From the NCBI GenBank assembly GCA_041640295.1, contig JBEQAR010000004.1, positions 3,128 to 67,127 on the forward strand: a stretch of 64,000 nucleotides of DNA, written 5' to 3'. The position numbers were made by a program, and so were the translations under genes. The stretch's first letter is position 1. Each line of letters begins with the position of its first letter. Below the pieces are notes generated by a model. The model saw only the letters and a list, made by a program, of their open reading frames with translations. It had not been told where the DNA came from and made no database searches. The stretch is from a bacterium. GTDB taxonomy: Bacteria; Patescibacteriota; Minisyncoccia; UBA6257; HR35. Shown one piece after another: positions 22,455 through 32,110 of this stretch.

Positions 22455-23143
22455 TTTTGAATTAAGTTCATTAATTGCGAAATAATAAAATTAATACTTC
22501 TTGGTGCTTTATCATTTGCAGGAATAAAAGCTAATACCTTGGAAATATCGTTATCTGAACCTGAAAGAGAAATGACTGGAATATTTTTTTTAAGACATTC
22601 TTTATAAGCTGTTCTGTGGTTTTTAAAATTTAAGTCAACAATAAAAACATAATCCGGCAATTGATTTAGAGTAATTAAACCACTATAAATTTTTTTCATC
22701 TTTTCTAATTCTTTTTTCATTTTTTCTCGTTCGTAGGGAGGTAGTTCATTAATTTCTCCCCGCTCTTCTTTTTCTAATAAACTTTTAAAATAAACAATTC
22801 TTTTTTGAATAGTATCAAAATTAGTTAATAAGCCACCTATCCATTTATAAACTACATAGGGCATATTTAAATTTTGAGCAATTGTTTTAATTGGTTGTTC
22901 AGAAGCTGGTTTAGCGCCGACAAATAGAATTGTTTTATTTTCTGATAATATTTTCTTTATTAAATTAGCAACTTCATTTAGATGTTCTGAGGTTTTTTTT
23001 ATATTAAAAAATTCTATATTTGAATTTTTTGATTTCAATAAATAAGGCCTTATTGATGGATGGGTAAATCTTTTAGCCCGACCATAATGACAACCATTTT
23101 CAAAAAAAATTTTATAAATTTCTCTGTCTTGATTATTAATCAT
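22451..23143 (-). CDS. rpsB: 30S ribosomal protein S2
   Basis: GCHYG, ILFVGAK, KWIGGLLTNF, IPAND. Confidence 0.95.
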   Translation of the reverse strand: MINNQDREIYKIFFENGCHYGRAKRFTHPSIRPYLLKSKNSNIEFFNIKKTSEHLNEVANLIKKILSENKTILFVGAKPASEQPIKTIAQNLNMPYVVYKWIGGLLTNFDTIQKRIVYFKSLLEKEERGEINELPPYEREKMKKELEKMKKIYSGLITLNQLPDYVFIVDLNFKNHRTAYKECLKKNIPVISLSGSDNDISKVLAFIPANDKAPRSINFIISQLMNLIQK

Positions 23144-23219
23144 TTTTAATTTATAATTTTAATTCATTAATATTTAATTTGGTAAATAAAATTAAAAGAT
23201 ATTTTAACATATTGTAAAA

Positions 23220-23429
23220 ATGAAAAGCAAGATTCATCCTAATTATTTTAAAACAACAGTTAAATGTGCTTGTGGTCAAACTTATGAAGTATTTTCAACT
23301 GAAAAAGAAATAAATGTTGAAATTTGTAAAAATTGCTCGCCAATTTTTATTGGAACGGAAGAAAAAAAGGTAATTACAGGCCAAATCGAAAAATTTAATA
23401 GAAAATATAAAAATAAAAAATCTTCCTAA
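23220..23429 (+). CDS. rpmE: 50S ribosomal protein L31 (zinc-binding type)
   Basis: MKSKIHPNY..CACG..EICKNC. Confidence 0.95.
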   Translation: MKSKIHPNYFKTTVKCACGQTYEVFSTEKEINVEICKNCSPIFIGTEEKKVITGQIEKFNRKYKNKKSS

Positions 23430-23457
23430 ATAAAATTTTACTTTACTTATCTCTAAA

Positions 23458-24198
23458 ATGCAAACCGAAGATTTAAATAATATTAATAATATTTTAATTG
23501 AAATTCGAGCGGGTGTAGGAGGTGAAGAAGCTGCTCTTTTTGCTCGTGATTTATGGCGAATGTATCTTAAGTTTTTTGAAAAAAATAACTTTAAGGTTAT
23601 TATTTATGATGAGGAGAAAACAAGCTTAGGGGGTATCAAGAATTTAATTGCTGAAGTAAGAGGAAGTGGTATTTATAATTTAATGAAAAACGAAGCAGGA
23701 GTTCATCGAGTACAAAGAATACCAGTGACTGAAAAGGGTGGTAGAATTCATACTTCGACAGCTTCAGTAGCTATTTTGCCTAAATTAGAAATCAAACCAG
23801 GAGAAATTAAAGAAAGTGATTTAGAGATAGAATTTTATCGTGCTTCTGGTCCTGGTGGTCAAAATGTTAATAAGGTTGAAACCGCTGTCAGAATTTTACA
23901 TAAACCAACAGGTATTATTGTCAATTGTCAATCAGAACGTACCCAACAAAGAAATAAAGAAATTGCTCTTCAAATATTAAAATCTAAACTTTGGCAAAAA
24001 GAACAAGAAGAATTATTAGGTAAAATAACAGAAGAAAGGAGAAAGCAAATTGGCAGTCAAGAACGATCAGAAAAAATAAGAACTTATAATTTTGTTCAAA
24101 ATAGAGTTACTGATCATCGTTTAGGAAAAAGTTGGTATAATTTAGATAATATTTTAGATGGTAATATCGAAGTAATTTTAAGAAGTTTTAATAAATAA
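23458..24198 (+). CDS. prfA: Peptide chain release factor 1, lacking N-terminal domain 1
   Basis: [18 protein letters not shown] recognition motif, GGQ, RTYNF..RVTDHR; rpmE-prfA synteny. Confidence 0.93.
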   Translation: MQTEDLNNINNILIEIRAGVGGEEAALFARDLWRMYLKFFEKNNFKVIIYDEEKTSLGGIKNLIAEVRGSGIYNLMKNEAGVHRVQRIPVTEKGGRIHTSTASVAILPKLEIKPGEIKESDLEIEFYRASGPGGQNVNKVETAVRILHKPTGIIVNCQSERTQQRNKEIALQILKSKLWQKEQEELLGKITEERRKQIGSQERSEKIRTYNFVQNRVTDHRLGKSWYNLDNILDGNIEVILRSFNK

Positions 24199-24214
24199 AA
24201 TTTTATTATTTTTA

Positions 24215-24340
24215 ATGGGAGAAAAAGAAAAATTTTTATTAATAATCTATTATATTATCGCTATAATTTTTATTTGGTTGTTTACTGATCCAGAAATTTG
24301 GCGAACAATAATTAATTCAATTTCTAAACCTATAAAATGA
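24215..24340 (+). CDS. 41-aa single-pass membrane microprotein (not in ORF track)
   Basis: MGEKEKFLLIIYYIIAIIFIWLFTDPEIWRTIINSISKPIK; ATGA overlap with the next gene. Confidence 0.6.
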   Translation: MGEKEKFLLIIYYIIAIIFIWLFTDPEIWRTIINSISKPIK

Positions 24341-25254
24341 TTTATGAAAGTATTATTATAGGCTTATCAGCGGCAGGTATTAGTTCAGCTATTTATCTTA
24401 AGCGTCGAGGTATAAATTTTATTATTATTGGTAAAGATATCGGAGGCGAATTAGCTCTTTCTGGTATAGTTGAAAATTACCCGGGTTTTTTAAGAATAAC
24501 TGGTTTGGAATTAGCTAAAAAATTTAAAGAACATCTTAATTATTATGAAATTAATTTTTTATTAGAGGAAGCTAAATCATTAACAAAAGAGGATAATTTA
24601 TTTAATGTTATCACTAATAAAAATCAATATAAAACAAAATCAGTGATTATTGCTACCGGTGCTAAACCTAAAAAACTTAATATCCCTGGCGAGAACGAAT
24701 TTTATCATCGTGGGGTGAGTTATTGTAGTGTATGTGATTTACCTTTATTTAAAAATAAAACCGTAGCCTTAATTGGGGGAGGAAATTCTGTTTTAGAAGC
24801 TGGAATTATGGCTAGTAATATTTGTTCTAAAGCTTATGTAATTAATAAAAATCCAAAATTTAAAGGAGATCAAATTTTGGTTCAAGAATTATCAAAAAAA
24901 AATAATATTGAAATAATTTATAATGCTTTAACACAAGAAATTTATGGGGATAATTTTGTTAGAGGGATTAAATACTTAAATCAATTAACGCAGGAAATTG
25001 TCACCTTAGAAGTTGAGGGAGTTTTTATTCATATTGGTTTAAGGCCCAATAGCGAATTTGTTCCTGATAATTGGAATATTAAAAATGAATTGGGTGAAAT
25101 TATTGTGAATGAATTAGCTCAGACATCAATCGATGGTTTATTTGCTGCCGGTGATGTGACGAATATTCCTTATAAACAAATTGGGATTGCGGTAGGACAA
25201 GGAATTACCGCTGCTCTTTCTAATATTTCTTATTTAAATAAACTAAACACTTAA
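24337..25254 (+). CDS. trxB: Thioredoxin reductase-like FAD/NAD(P)H disulfide oxidoreductase
   Basis: ENYPGF, IIATGA, GVSYCSVCD (CxxC), IGGGNS, FAAGDVT. Confidence 0.88.
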   Translation: MIYESIIIGLSAAGISSAIYLKRRGINFIIIGKDIGGELALSGIVENYPGFLRITGLELAKKFKEHLNYYEINFLLEEAKSLTKEDNLFNVITNKNQYKTKSVIIATGAKPKKLNIPGENEFYHRGVSYCSVCDLPLFKNKTVALIGGGNSVLEAGIMASNICSKAYVINKNPKFKGDQILVQELSKKNNIEIIYNALTQEIYGDNFVRGIKYLNQLTQEIVTLEVEGVFIHIGLRPNSEFVPDNWNIKNELGEIIVNELAQTSIDGLFAAGDVTNIPYKQIGIAVGQGITAALSNISYLNKLNT

Positions 25255-26805
25255 TTTTTTTAATAAACTTTCTCCCTCCATTTCCGAAGGAATAGGTAAG
25301 TTTAATATTTCTAAAATAGTTGGAGCGATATCTATTAAACTGCCGATTATTTCTCTTTCTTTAAGGGTTAGATAATCTGGTTTAAGCTCAAAATAAAGCT
25401 TAGGATGAATAAGAAAACAAGGAACAGGACTAAAATCATGAGAAGTTTCAGGTTCTCCAGTTTGAATATCAATCATTTTTTCCAAATTTCCATGATCACT
25501 GGTAATAATTAAAAAGTAATCTTCATCTTTTATTACTTCATAAATTTGTTTTAAATAATCATTAATACCCTCAACGACCTTGATACCTAAATTAATATTT
25601 CCTGTATGAGCAATAATATCAGGAGCAGCATAATTGACAGCAATAAAATGATAAATTTTTTCCTGAATTGAATTAATTAAAATACTTGTAATTTCTTCTG
25701 ATTTTAATAAAGGATTTTCAGAAAAAGACAATTCAGAACTTGGTAAAATTTTCCAAAATTCGTTAGGATGTGGTTCGCGATATAAACCATTAAAATAATA
25801 AGTTAAATGATAAGCCTTTACTTTTTCTGCAATTTTTAATTGGGTAAGATTATTTTCAGAAATAATTCTTGATAAAGAAGTATTAATTTTACTTTTTTCA
25901 AATGCTACTGGGTAATCGATATCTTCAAAATATTTAACCATCGAAGCAATAAATAAATTCTTTTTTAATGGTCGAGGAAAATAATTGAATTCCGGATCAA
26001 GGAAAGCTTTAGCTAATTGATACATTCCATCCTCTCTAAAATTAAAAAAGAAAACAGCATCATTATCTTTAATAATTCCACCTTCATTGACAACCAATGG
26101 TTCTAAATTTTCATCTATGAAATCTTTGTTTTCGTTATAGATATCAGATAAAAATTTTTTATAGTCTTCTACTTTCCTTCCTCGCCCTTCAACAATAAGA
26201 TAAAAAGCCATTTCTGTTTTTACTTTCCAATATTCATTTTTGTCCATTCCATACGATCTACCAATAAGCGTGGCAATGTTTCCTACGCCGAGATTATTTA
26301 TTTCATTTTCTAAGTTTTTTAATAATGACAATCCTGATTGAGGTGGGCTATCTCTACCATCTAAAAATAGATGAAGGAATACTCTATTAAAATTATTTTT
26401 TTGGAAAAAATTTAGTAGAGCAATTAAATGTTCAAAAGAACTATGAACAATACCCTCAGTTAATAAACCAATTAAATGAACATTACTTGAATATTTTTCA
26501 CAATGCTCAATAAGTTTTTTGAGAATTGAATTGTCAAAAAAACTGCCGTTTCTAATTGCTAAAGTTATTTTAGGATAATTTTGATAATAAACCTTTCCGG
26601 TACCTAATGTTAAATGACCAACTTCACTATTGCCTTCTTCGCGCCAAGGAAGACCTACTGCAATTCCCGAAGCCTGTAGTTGGCAAAAAGGATAATGATG
26701 TTTTAAAAAATCGATAAAATCCTTTTTAGCTAAATGAATAGGATTTGAAAAATTTTCTTTGCCAATACCCCAACCATCTAAAATAATTAGAATCACTTTA
26801 GTCAT
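25243..26805 (-). CDS. gpmI: 2,3-bisphosphoglycerate-independent phosphoglycerate mutase
   Basis: ILDGWG, GNSEVGH, DGRD, TSDHGN. Confidence 0.96.
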   Translation of the reverse strand: MTKVILIILDGWGIGKENFSNPIHLAKKDFIDFLKHHYPFCQLQASGIAVGLPWREEGNSEVGHLTLGTGKVYYQNYPKITLAIRNGSFFDNSILKKLIEHCEKYSSNVHLIGLLTEGIVHSSFEHLIALLNFFQKNNFNRVFLHLFLDGRDSPPQSGLSLLKNLENEINNLGVGNIATLIGRSYGMDKNEYWKVKTEMAFYLIVEGRGRKVEDYKKFLSDIYNENKDFIDENLEPLVVNEGGIIKDNDAVFFFNFREDGMYQLAKAFLDPEFNYFPRPLKKNLFIASMVKYFEDIDYPVAFEKSKINTSLSRIISENNLTQLKIAEKVKAYHLTYYFNGLYREPHPNEFWKILPSSELSFSENPLLKSEEITSILINSIQEKIYHFIAVNYAAPDIIAHTGNINLGIKVVEGINDYLKQIYEVIKDEDYFLIITSDHGNLEKMIDIQTGEPETSHDFSPVPCFLIHPKLYFELKPDYLTLKEREIIGSLIDIAPTILEILNLPIPSEMEGESLLKKLSV

Positions 26806-26953
26806 AATTTTTAAATTAATATATAAAAATATTATTTTTAAATTATTTTTTTAAATCTCCTTATTAATCTCTATGTTATGTTATAATTTTAATATTAAAT
26901 TTAATTATAAGCACTAAAAATGAAGGCCGCAATTTTCTTCCCTAAACTAACAA

Positions 26954-28480
26954 ATGAATATTTATATTACTTTAGAAAAGATTATTATTTTTATCATTGG
27001 AATCCTTTTGGGGTTTTTAATCAGATATCTTTTAGCTTACTTCCAAGCTTCTTCTTTAGAATATAAATTAAAGCAGAAACTTGATGATCTTAAAAAGAAA
27101 GAGAAGGAAATAATTTTAAATGCCGAAAAGCAAGCTTTAGAAATATTAGAAAATTCTCGAAAAGAAAGAGAAAGTTTGATTAATGATTTAAGAAAAAGAG
27201 AAGAAAGATTAATTAATAAAGAAGTTATTTTAGAAAATAGAGAAAAAGAATTAGAATCAGAGAAAGAAAGAATTAAACTTAAACTACAAGAGTTAGAAAA
27301 CAAAGAGCAAGAAGTGACAAAACTAAAATTAGACTACGAGAGTCATTTAGAAAAAATTTCCGGTATTACTAAAGAAGAAGCTTTAGATTTACTTTTTCAG
27401 AAAATAGAAAAAGAAAATGAGCAATTGCTATTACAAAAAATTTCTAAGCTAATTAATAATCAAAAAGAAGAAATAGAGAAAAAAGCTAATGAAATTATTG
27501 TTCAAGCTTTACCTCGTTATAGTCGATCGGTAGCTAATGAAATTAATTTAAGTGTTGTTTCCTTACCAAGTGAAGAAATGAAGGGTAGAATTATTGGTAA
27601 GGAAGGTAGAAATATTAGATATTTTGAAAAATTAAGTGGAGTGCAAATAATCATTGATGAAACACCAGAGATTGTTACTTTGTCTTCTTTCGATCCGATT
27701 AGACGAGAAATAGCTAAAATTGCTTTAGAAAAGTTAGTACAAGATGGAAGAATACACCCCTCATCTATTGAAGAAGCTCTCCTGTGGGCAAAAGATAAAA
27801 TTGAAGAAGAAATAAAAAACGCTGGTAAAGATTCAGCCTTCGAGCTTGGTATTTTAGATTTACCCGAAGAAATTTTGCATTTAATGGGGCGGTTGAAATT
27901 TAGATATAGTTATGGTCAAAATGTTTTACAACACTCAATTGAAGTTGCAATCTTTTCCAGAATGATTGCTGAAGAATTGAAATTAGATGCCGAAACTGCA
28001 AAAAGAGCAGGATTTTTGCACGATATAGGTAAATCAGTCAGTCATGAAATAGAAGGTTCACATCTAGAAATTGGAATTAAAATTTTAGAAAAATATAATA
28101 TTGATGAAAAAATTATTTTAGCTATGAGATCTCACCATGAAACATACCCATTTGCTATTCCTGAAGCTTATATTGTTTTAGCTGCTGATGTAATTTCCTC
28201 TAAAAGATTAGGTGCTCGTTCTGAAACTTTGGAAGCTTATCTCCAGAGATTAGAAAACCTTGAAAAAATAGCTTTAAGCTTTAAAGGTGTGGATAAAGCC
28301 TATTCAATAAGTGGAGGAAGAGAAGTTTGGGTTTTTGCTAGATCTGATGAGGTAAGTGATTTAGAAATGGTAAAATTAGCCCAAAATATAGCAAAAAAAA
28401 TAGAGGAAAATCTTAAATATCCAGGAGAAATTAAAGTAGTAGTTATTCGAGAAAGTAGGGCAATAGAATATGCTAAGTAA
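26954..28480 (+). CDS. rny: Ribonuclease Y
   Basis: N-terminal TM + coiled coil, KH domain (KGRIIGKEGRNI), HD domain (LHDIGK). Confidence 0.97.
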   Translation: MNIYITLEKIIIFIIGILLGFLIRYLLAYFQASSLEYKLKQKLDDLKKKEKEIILNAEKQALEILENSRKERESLINDLRKREERLINKEVILENREKELESEKERIKLKLQELENKEQEVTKLKLDYESHLEKISGITKEEALDLLFQKIEKENEQLLLQKISKLINNQKEEIEKKANEIIVQALPRYSRSVANEINLSVVSLPSEEMKGRIIGKEGRNIRYFEKLSGVQIIIDETPEIVTLSSFDPIRREIAKIALEKLVQDGRIHPSSIEEALLWAKDKIEEEIKNAGKDSAFELGILDLPEEILHLMGRLKFRYSYGQNVLQHSIEVAIFSRMIAEELKLDAETAKRAGFLHDIGKSVSHEIEGSHLEIGIKILEKYNIDEKIILAMRSHHETYPFAIPEAYIVLAADVISSKRLGARSETLEAYLQRLENLEKIALSFKGVDKAYSISGGREVWVFARSDEVSDLEMVKLAQNIAKKIEENLKYPGEIKVVVIRESRAIEYAK

Positions 28481-28548
28481 TCTTTTAAATTTAAATATTT
28501 TGCTTTATAATCTTTATTGAGGTCGAATTAATATTAAATAAACAAAAA

Positions 28549-28839
28549 ATGGCAAGTCAAAACACAGTAAAAAGAGAAGCTTTGGCTCAAAAAATCGCCG
28601 AAAAATTTGATTTACCCAAAAAAACAGCGGTCGAAATATTAAATTATTTTGTTGAATTGGTTTCTTCCAATCTTAAATCAGGTAACAAAGTTAAATTGCC
28701 AGGTTTAGGAACTTTTAAGGTTAGAGAAAGAAAGGCAAGAACCGCTATTAATCCAAAAACAGGCGAAAAAATTACTGTTCCTGCTACACGCGTTCCTAAA
28801 TTTACTCCAGCAAAAGAATTAAAAGCATTATTTAAATAA
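28549..28839 (+). CDS. hup: HU family DNA-binding protein
   Basis: GLGTFKVRERKARTAINPKTGE..PKFTPAKELK. Confidence 0.95.
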   Translation: MASQNTVKREALAQKIAEKFDLPKKTAVEILNYFVELVSSNLKSGNKVKLPGLGTFKVRERKARTAINPKTGEKITVPATRVPKFTPAKELKALFK

Positions 28840-28924
28840 ACAATTAAAATTAAACCTCTTATTAGTGGAAAATATAATTCTATATCAAGATTTTTTAATG
28901 TTGTTAAAATTATTTTGAGATAAA

Positions 28925-29023
28925 ATGGTTAAAAAGGAAAGTAAATCTAATATTTTTTTGATAATACTTATCGTTGTGATTATTTTAGGAATGATTTTAA
29001 GTTCATTAGCTTTTATTTTTTAA
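28925..29023 (+). CDS. 32-aa membrane microprotein (not in ORF track)
   Basis: MVKKESKSNIFLIILIVVIILGMILSSLAFIF: basic N-terminus plus one TM helix; A-rich pre-start context like neighbouring genes. Confidence 0.5.
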   Translation: MVKKESKSNIFLIILIVVIILGMILSSLAFIF

Positions 29024-29070
29024 TTATATTAATAAAAAATTATATTAATGTGTGAGAATTATTAAATAAA

Positions 29071-29637
29071 ATGGCAGGAATAAAAAATGACGAATGGATA
29101 AAACATATGGCTAAAAAGCATAAAATGATTGAACCTTTTGTTGAAAAGCTTGTTTCCAAAGGCAAAGTTTCTTATGGTCTTTCAAGTTATGGTTATGATA
29201 TGAGAGTTGCTGATGAGTTTTATATTTTTCATAACGCTTATCCAACTGAAGTTATTGATCCTAAAAATGCTAAAGAAAGTTACTTTATTAGACATAAAGG
29301 TAAGGTTTGTATTATCCCTCCCAATTCTTTTGTTTTAGCTAGATCAGTTGAATATTTTCGAATTCCAAGAAATGTTTTGGGTATTGTTTTTGGAAAATCA
29401 ACTTATGCCCGCTGTGGGATTATTGTTAATGTGACCCCATTAGAGCCAGAATGGACTGGAACGCTGGTTATAGAAATCTCTAACACAACACCTCTGCCAG
29501 CTAAAATTTATGCTAATGAGGGAATCGCTCAAGTGATATTTTTAGAAGCTGATGAACCCTGCAAGGTTTCTTATGCTGATCGCAAAGGAAAATATCAAAA
29601 ACAAAAAGGCATAGTTTTACCAAAAGTAATTAAATAA
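29071..29637 (+). CDS. dcd: dCTP deaminase
   Basis: [42 protein letters not shown]. Confidence 0.96.
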   Translation: MAGIKNDEWIKHMAKKHKMIEPFVEKLVSKGKVSYGLSSYGYDMRVADEFYIFHNAYPTEVIDPKNAKESYFIRHKGKVCIIPPNSFVLARSVEYFRIPRNVLGIVFGKSTYARCGIIVNVTPLEPEWTGTLVIEISNTTPLPAKIYANEGIAQVIFLEADEPCKVSYADRKGKYQKQKGIVLPKVIK

Positions 29638-29657
29638 AAGTCGGCCATTAAATCAAC

Positions 29658-29820
29658 CGCGAACTAGTGCAAACGGCGATAATAAACGCGAACCAATGCG
29701 AACAAGTGAGTATAATCACTACCCATGCAAACAAACAAAAGTTCGCAGGAGTTCGCGTGAAACCTTACCTGACGCCCGCCTATCTGGCGGACAGGGCAGG
29801 CAGAGTTTGCAGTAGTTCGC
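29658..29820. repeat. Intergenic palindromic (REP/MITE-like) element with nested GC-rich palindrome
   Basis: Left GCGAAC units pair with right GTTCGC units (gcgaactagtgcaaac vs gtttgcagtagttcgc, 1 mismatch); nested insert 29768-29803 contains CCGCC-tatct-GGCGG. Confidence 0.85.
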
Positions 29821-29835
29821 ATTATATTATCAAAA

Positions 29836-30225
29836 ATGGAATTTATCTTCCTTCTTTCAAGACTTATTCTTGGTCTTTATTTTTTATTTAATGCTTTTAA
29901 TCATTTTACAAAATTAGCTATGCTTGCTGAATATGCTAAAAGTAAAAATGTTCCAATGCCAAAATTGGCTGTTATATTTACGGGTTTTCTTTTATTAATT
30001 GGAGGCATTTCAATTTTGTTAGGAATTTATATAGAAATAGGAGTTTTAGCTTTAACTATATTCTTTTTACCAGTAACTTTTATAATGCATAATTTCTGGC
30101 AAATTCAAGATCCGCAAATGAAAATGATGGAAATGATAAATTTTTCAAAAAATATAGCAATTTGGGCAGGAGTTTTACTTTTACTTTTTGTTCCTCAACC
30201 TTGGATTTATTCGTTGGGCTGGTAA
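29836..30225 (+). CDS. DoxX family membrane protein
   Basis: 4 TM helices, R..LG..F, HNFW, NFSKNIAI. Confidence 0.85.
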   Translation: MEFIFLLSRLILGLYFLFNAFNHFTKLAMLAEYAKSKNVPMPKLAVIFTGFLLLIGGISILLGIYIEIGVLALTIFFLPVTFIMHNFWQIQDPQMKMMEMINFSKNIAIWAGVLLLLFVPQPWIYSLGW

Positions 30226-30264
30226 ATTTAATTCGGAATTAGTTCTCAATATTATCAAGAAAAA

Positions 30265-30684
30265 ATGATAATCAAAAAATTAAATAACAACAATTATCTT
30301 TTACGGATTGAACCCAACGAAGAATTATTCGGTTCGCTTTTAAATTTTGCCCAAAAACACAAAATTAAGTCAGGATTTTTCTATGGTATTGGTGCTTGTA
30401 AAACTTGTATAATTGGAAGATATAATGAGAAGAAAAAAGATTATGATTGGAAAAAAATTAAACAGCAAATGGAGATCGGTAGTTTAATTGGTAATTTAAC
30501 TTATAAAGAAGGGCATTACTATTTACATATTCACACTGTTTTTGGAGATAAAAATTTAAAAACTTTGTCAGGACATTTAAAAGAACTTATAGTTTTTCCA
30601 ACTTGTGAGATAATGTTTTTTGCTTTTGATAAGAAAATTGAAAGAAAATATGACAAATTAACAAATCTGTTTTTGATTGGGTAA
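30265..30684 (+). CDS. PPC domain (DUF296) protein
   Basis: GIGA, EIGSLIGNL, LHIHTVFGD, GHL motifs. Confidence 0.88.
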   Translation: MIIKKLNNNNYLLRIEPNEELFGSLLNFAQKHKIKSGFFYGIGACKTCIIGRYNEKKKDYDWKKIKQQMEIGSLIGNLTYKEGHYYLHIHTVFGDKNLKTLSGHLKELIVFPTCEIMFFAFDKKIERKYDKLTNLFLIG

Positions 30685-31133
30685 TGTTATCAAAAATAGA
30701 TCAATTTATAATCAGAACCCTACAAAAAATCTGGAGACCATTAGCAAAAATTTCTATCTTTATTATTTTCTTTTATTTTGGGTTTTTGAAAGTTCTGGGC
30801 TTAAGTCCAGCTAATCCTTTAGTCTCAGCCCTACTTCAGCAAACTATTGATTTTGTTCCTTTTGAAAAATTTGTTATTCTTTGGGGATTTTTTGAAATGC
30901 TTATTGGTTTAACATTTATTACTCCCAGATTAGAAAGAATAGCAATTTTTCTTTTATTACTTCATATGATTATAGTTGCTTTACCATTAATATTACTTCC
31001 TCAAATTACTTGGCAGAAATTCTTAGTTCCAACATTAGAAGGTCAATATATAATTAAAAATTTAGCTATAATTTCTTTAGCTTTAGTTATTGGCGCTCAT
31101 TTAAAAAATAACCAAGATAAAATTTTTAAATAA
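30684..31133 (+). CDS. DoxX-like membrane protein
   Basis: FGFLKV.G.SPA, G.FEMLIG, TLEGQYIIKNL. Confidence 0.75.
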   Translation: MLSKIDQFIIRTLQKIWRPLAKISIFIIFFYFGFLKVLGLSPANPLVSALLQQTIDFVPFEKFVILWGFFEMLIGLTFITPRLERIAIFLLLLHMIIVALPLILLPQITWQKFLVPTLEGQYIIKNLAIISLALVIGAHLKNNQDKIFK

Positions 31134-31165
31134 AAATTTATTAAATTTATTAAATTGAAAATTAT

Positions 31166-32110
31166 ATGGAAAAATTTTTACAAGAATTCAAATTACAATT
31201 TCAATTCAAACCAGTAATAGAAAATTTAAATAACTTTAAAGGTAAAAACAAATTCTTAATCGTTGGGATGGGTGGTTCTCATTTAGCAGCTGATTTATTA
31301 AAAATAACCCATCCCTTTTTAGATTTAACTATCATTAGTGATTTTAATTTACCTCAATTGTCAGATTTATTAGAAAGGAAAATTATTTTAATTTCTTATT
31401 CTGGAAATACTTTAGAAACTATTAATGCTTTGCAAAAATTAGAACGAACCAAAATTAAACCTTTGATGATTTCAGCTAATGGCTTACTCTTAGCTCGAGC
31501 GAAAATTAATAAATATCCTTATATTGAATTACCAGAGAAAAATTTACCACCTAGATTAGCGATTGGTTATCTTTACTTAAGTCTATTAAAAGCTATTAAT
31601 GATGAGAATTCTTTAAAAAAGATTAGTGGAGACTTAATAAAATTTAATTTTTCAAAAATTCAAAAAAGAGCTTTAACCTTGTCATTGAAATTGAAAGGAA
31701 AAATTCCTATTATTTATTCATCTTTTATTAATTATCCGTTGGCTTATAATTTTAAAATAAGATTTAACGAAACAGCGAAAATTCCAGCTTTTTGCCATTA
31801 TTTACCCGAAGCGAATCACAATGAAATTCAGGGTTTTTATAGGTTGAAAAAAATTTTTTATTTTTTGCTATTAGAAGATAAAACAGACTCTAAAGAATTA
31901 ATAGCAACATTCAAAACAATTAAGAAATTTTTAAAAGATAAAAAATTTTTTGTTGAAAGTTTAACTCTTGATGAAAAAGATGTATTTAAAAAAATTTTTT
32001 CAGCAATTCATTTAGCGGATTTGTTAAGTTTTTATCTAGCGAAAATTTATAAGTTAGATCCATTATCTACACCATTTATTGATGAAATTAAAAAAAGATT
32101 AAAAATTTAA
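31166..32110 (+). CDS. Bifunctional phosphoglucose/phosphomannose isomerase (SIS domain)
   Basis: GMGGS, SYSGNTLET, PRLA, FNETAK.PA, PEANHNEI. Confidence 0.9.
   Translation: MEKFLQEFKLQFQFKPVIENLNNFKGKNKFLIVGMGGSHLAADLLKITHPFLDLTIISDFNLPQLSDLLERKIILISYSGNTLETINALQKLERTKIKPLMISANGLLLARAKINKYPYIELPEKNLPPRLAIGYLYLSLLKAINDENSLKKISGDLIKFNFSKIQKRALTLSLKLKGKIPIIYSSFINYPLAYNFKIRFNETAKIPAFCHYLPEANHNEIQGFYRLKKIFYFLLLEDKTDSKELIATFKTIKKFLKDKKFFVESLTLDEKDVFKKIFSAIHLADLLSFYLAKIYKLDPLSTPFIDEIKKRLKI

Noticed and set aside
28288-28296. TGTGGATAA DnaA box inside rny, or an oriC in the window
   Set aside because: Lies in coding sequence; the boxes are isolated, with no cluster and no dnaA/dnaN nearby
29667-29891. 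74-aa ORF starting at GTG
   Set aside because: It is the translation of the palindromic repeat and overlaps the DoxX gene; it does show the element tends to be stop-free
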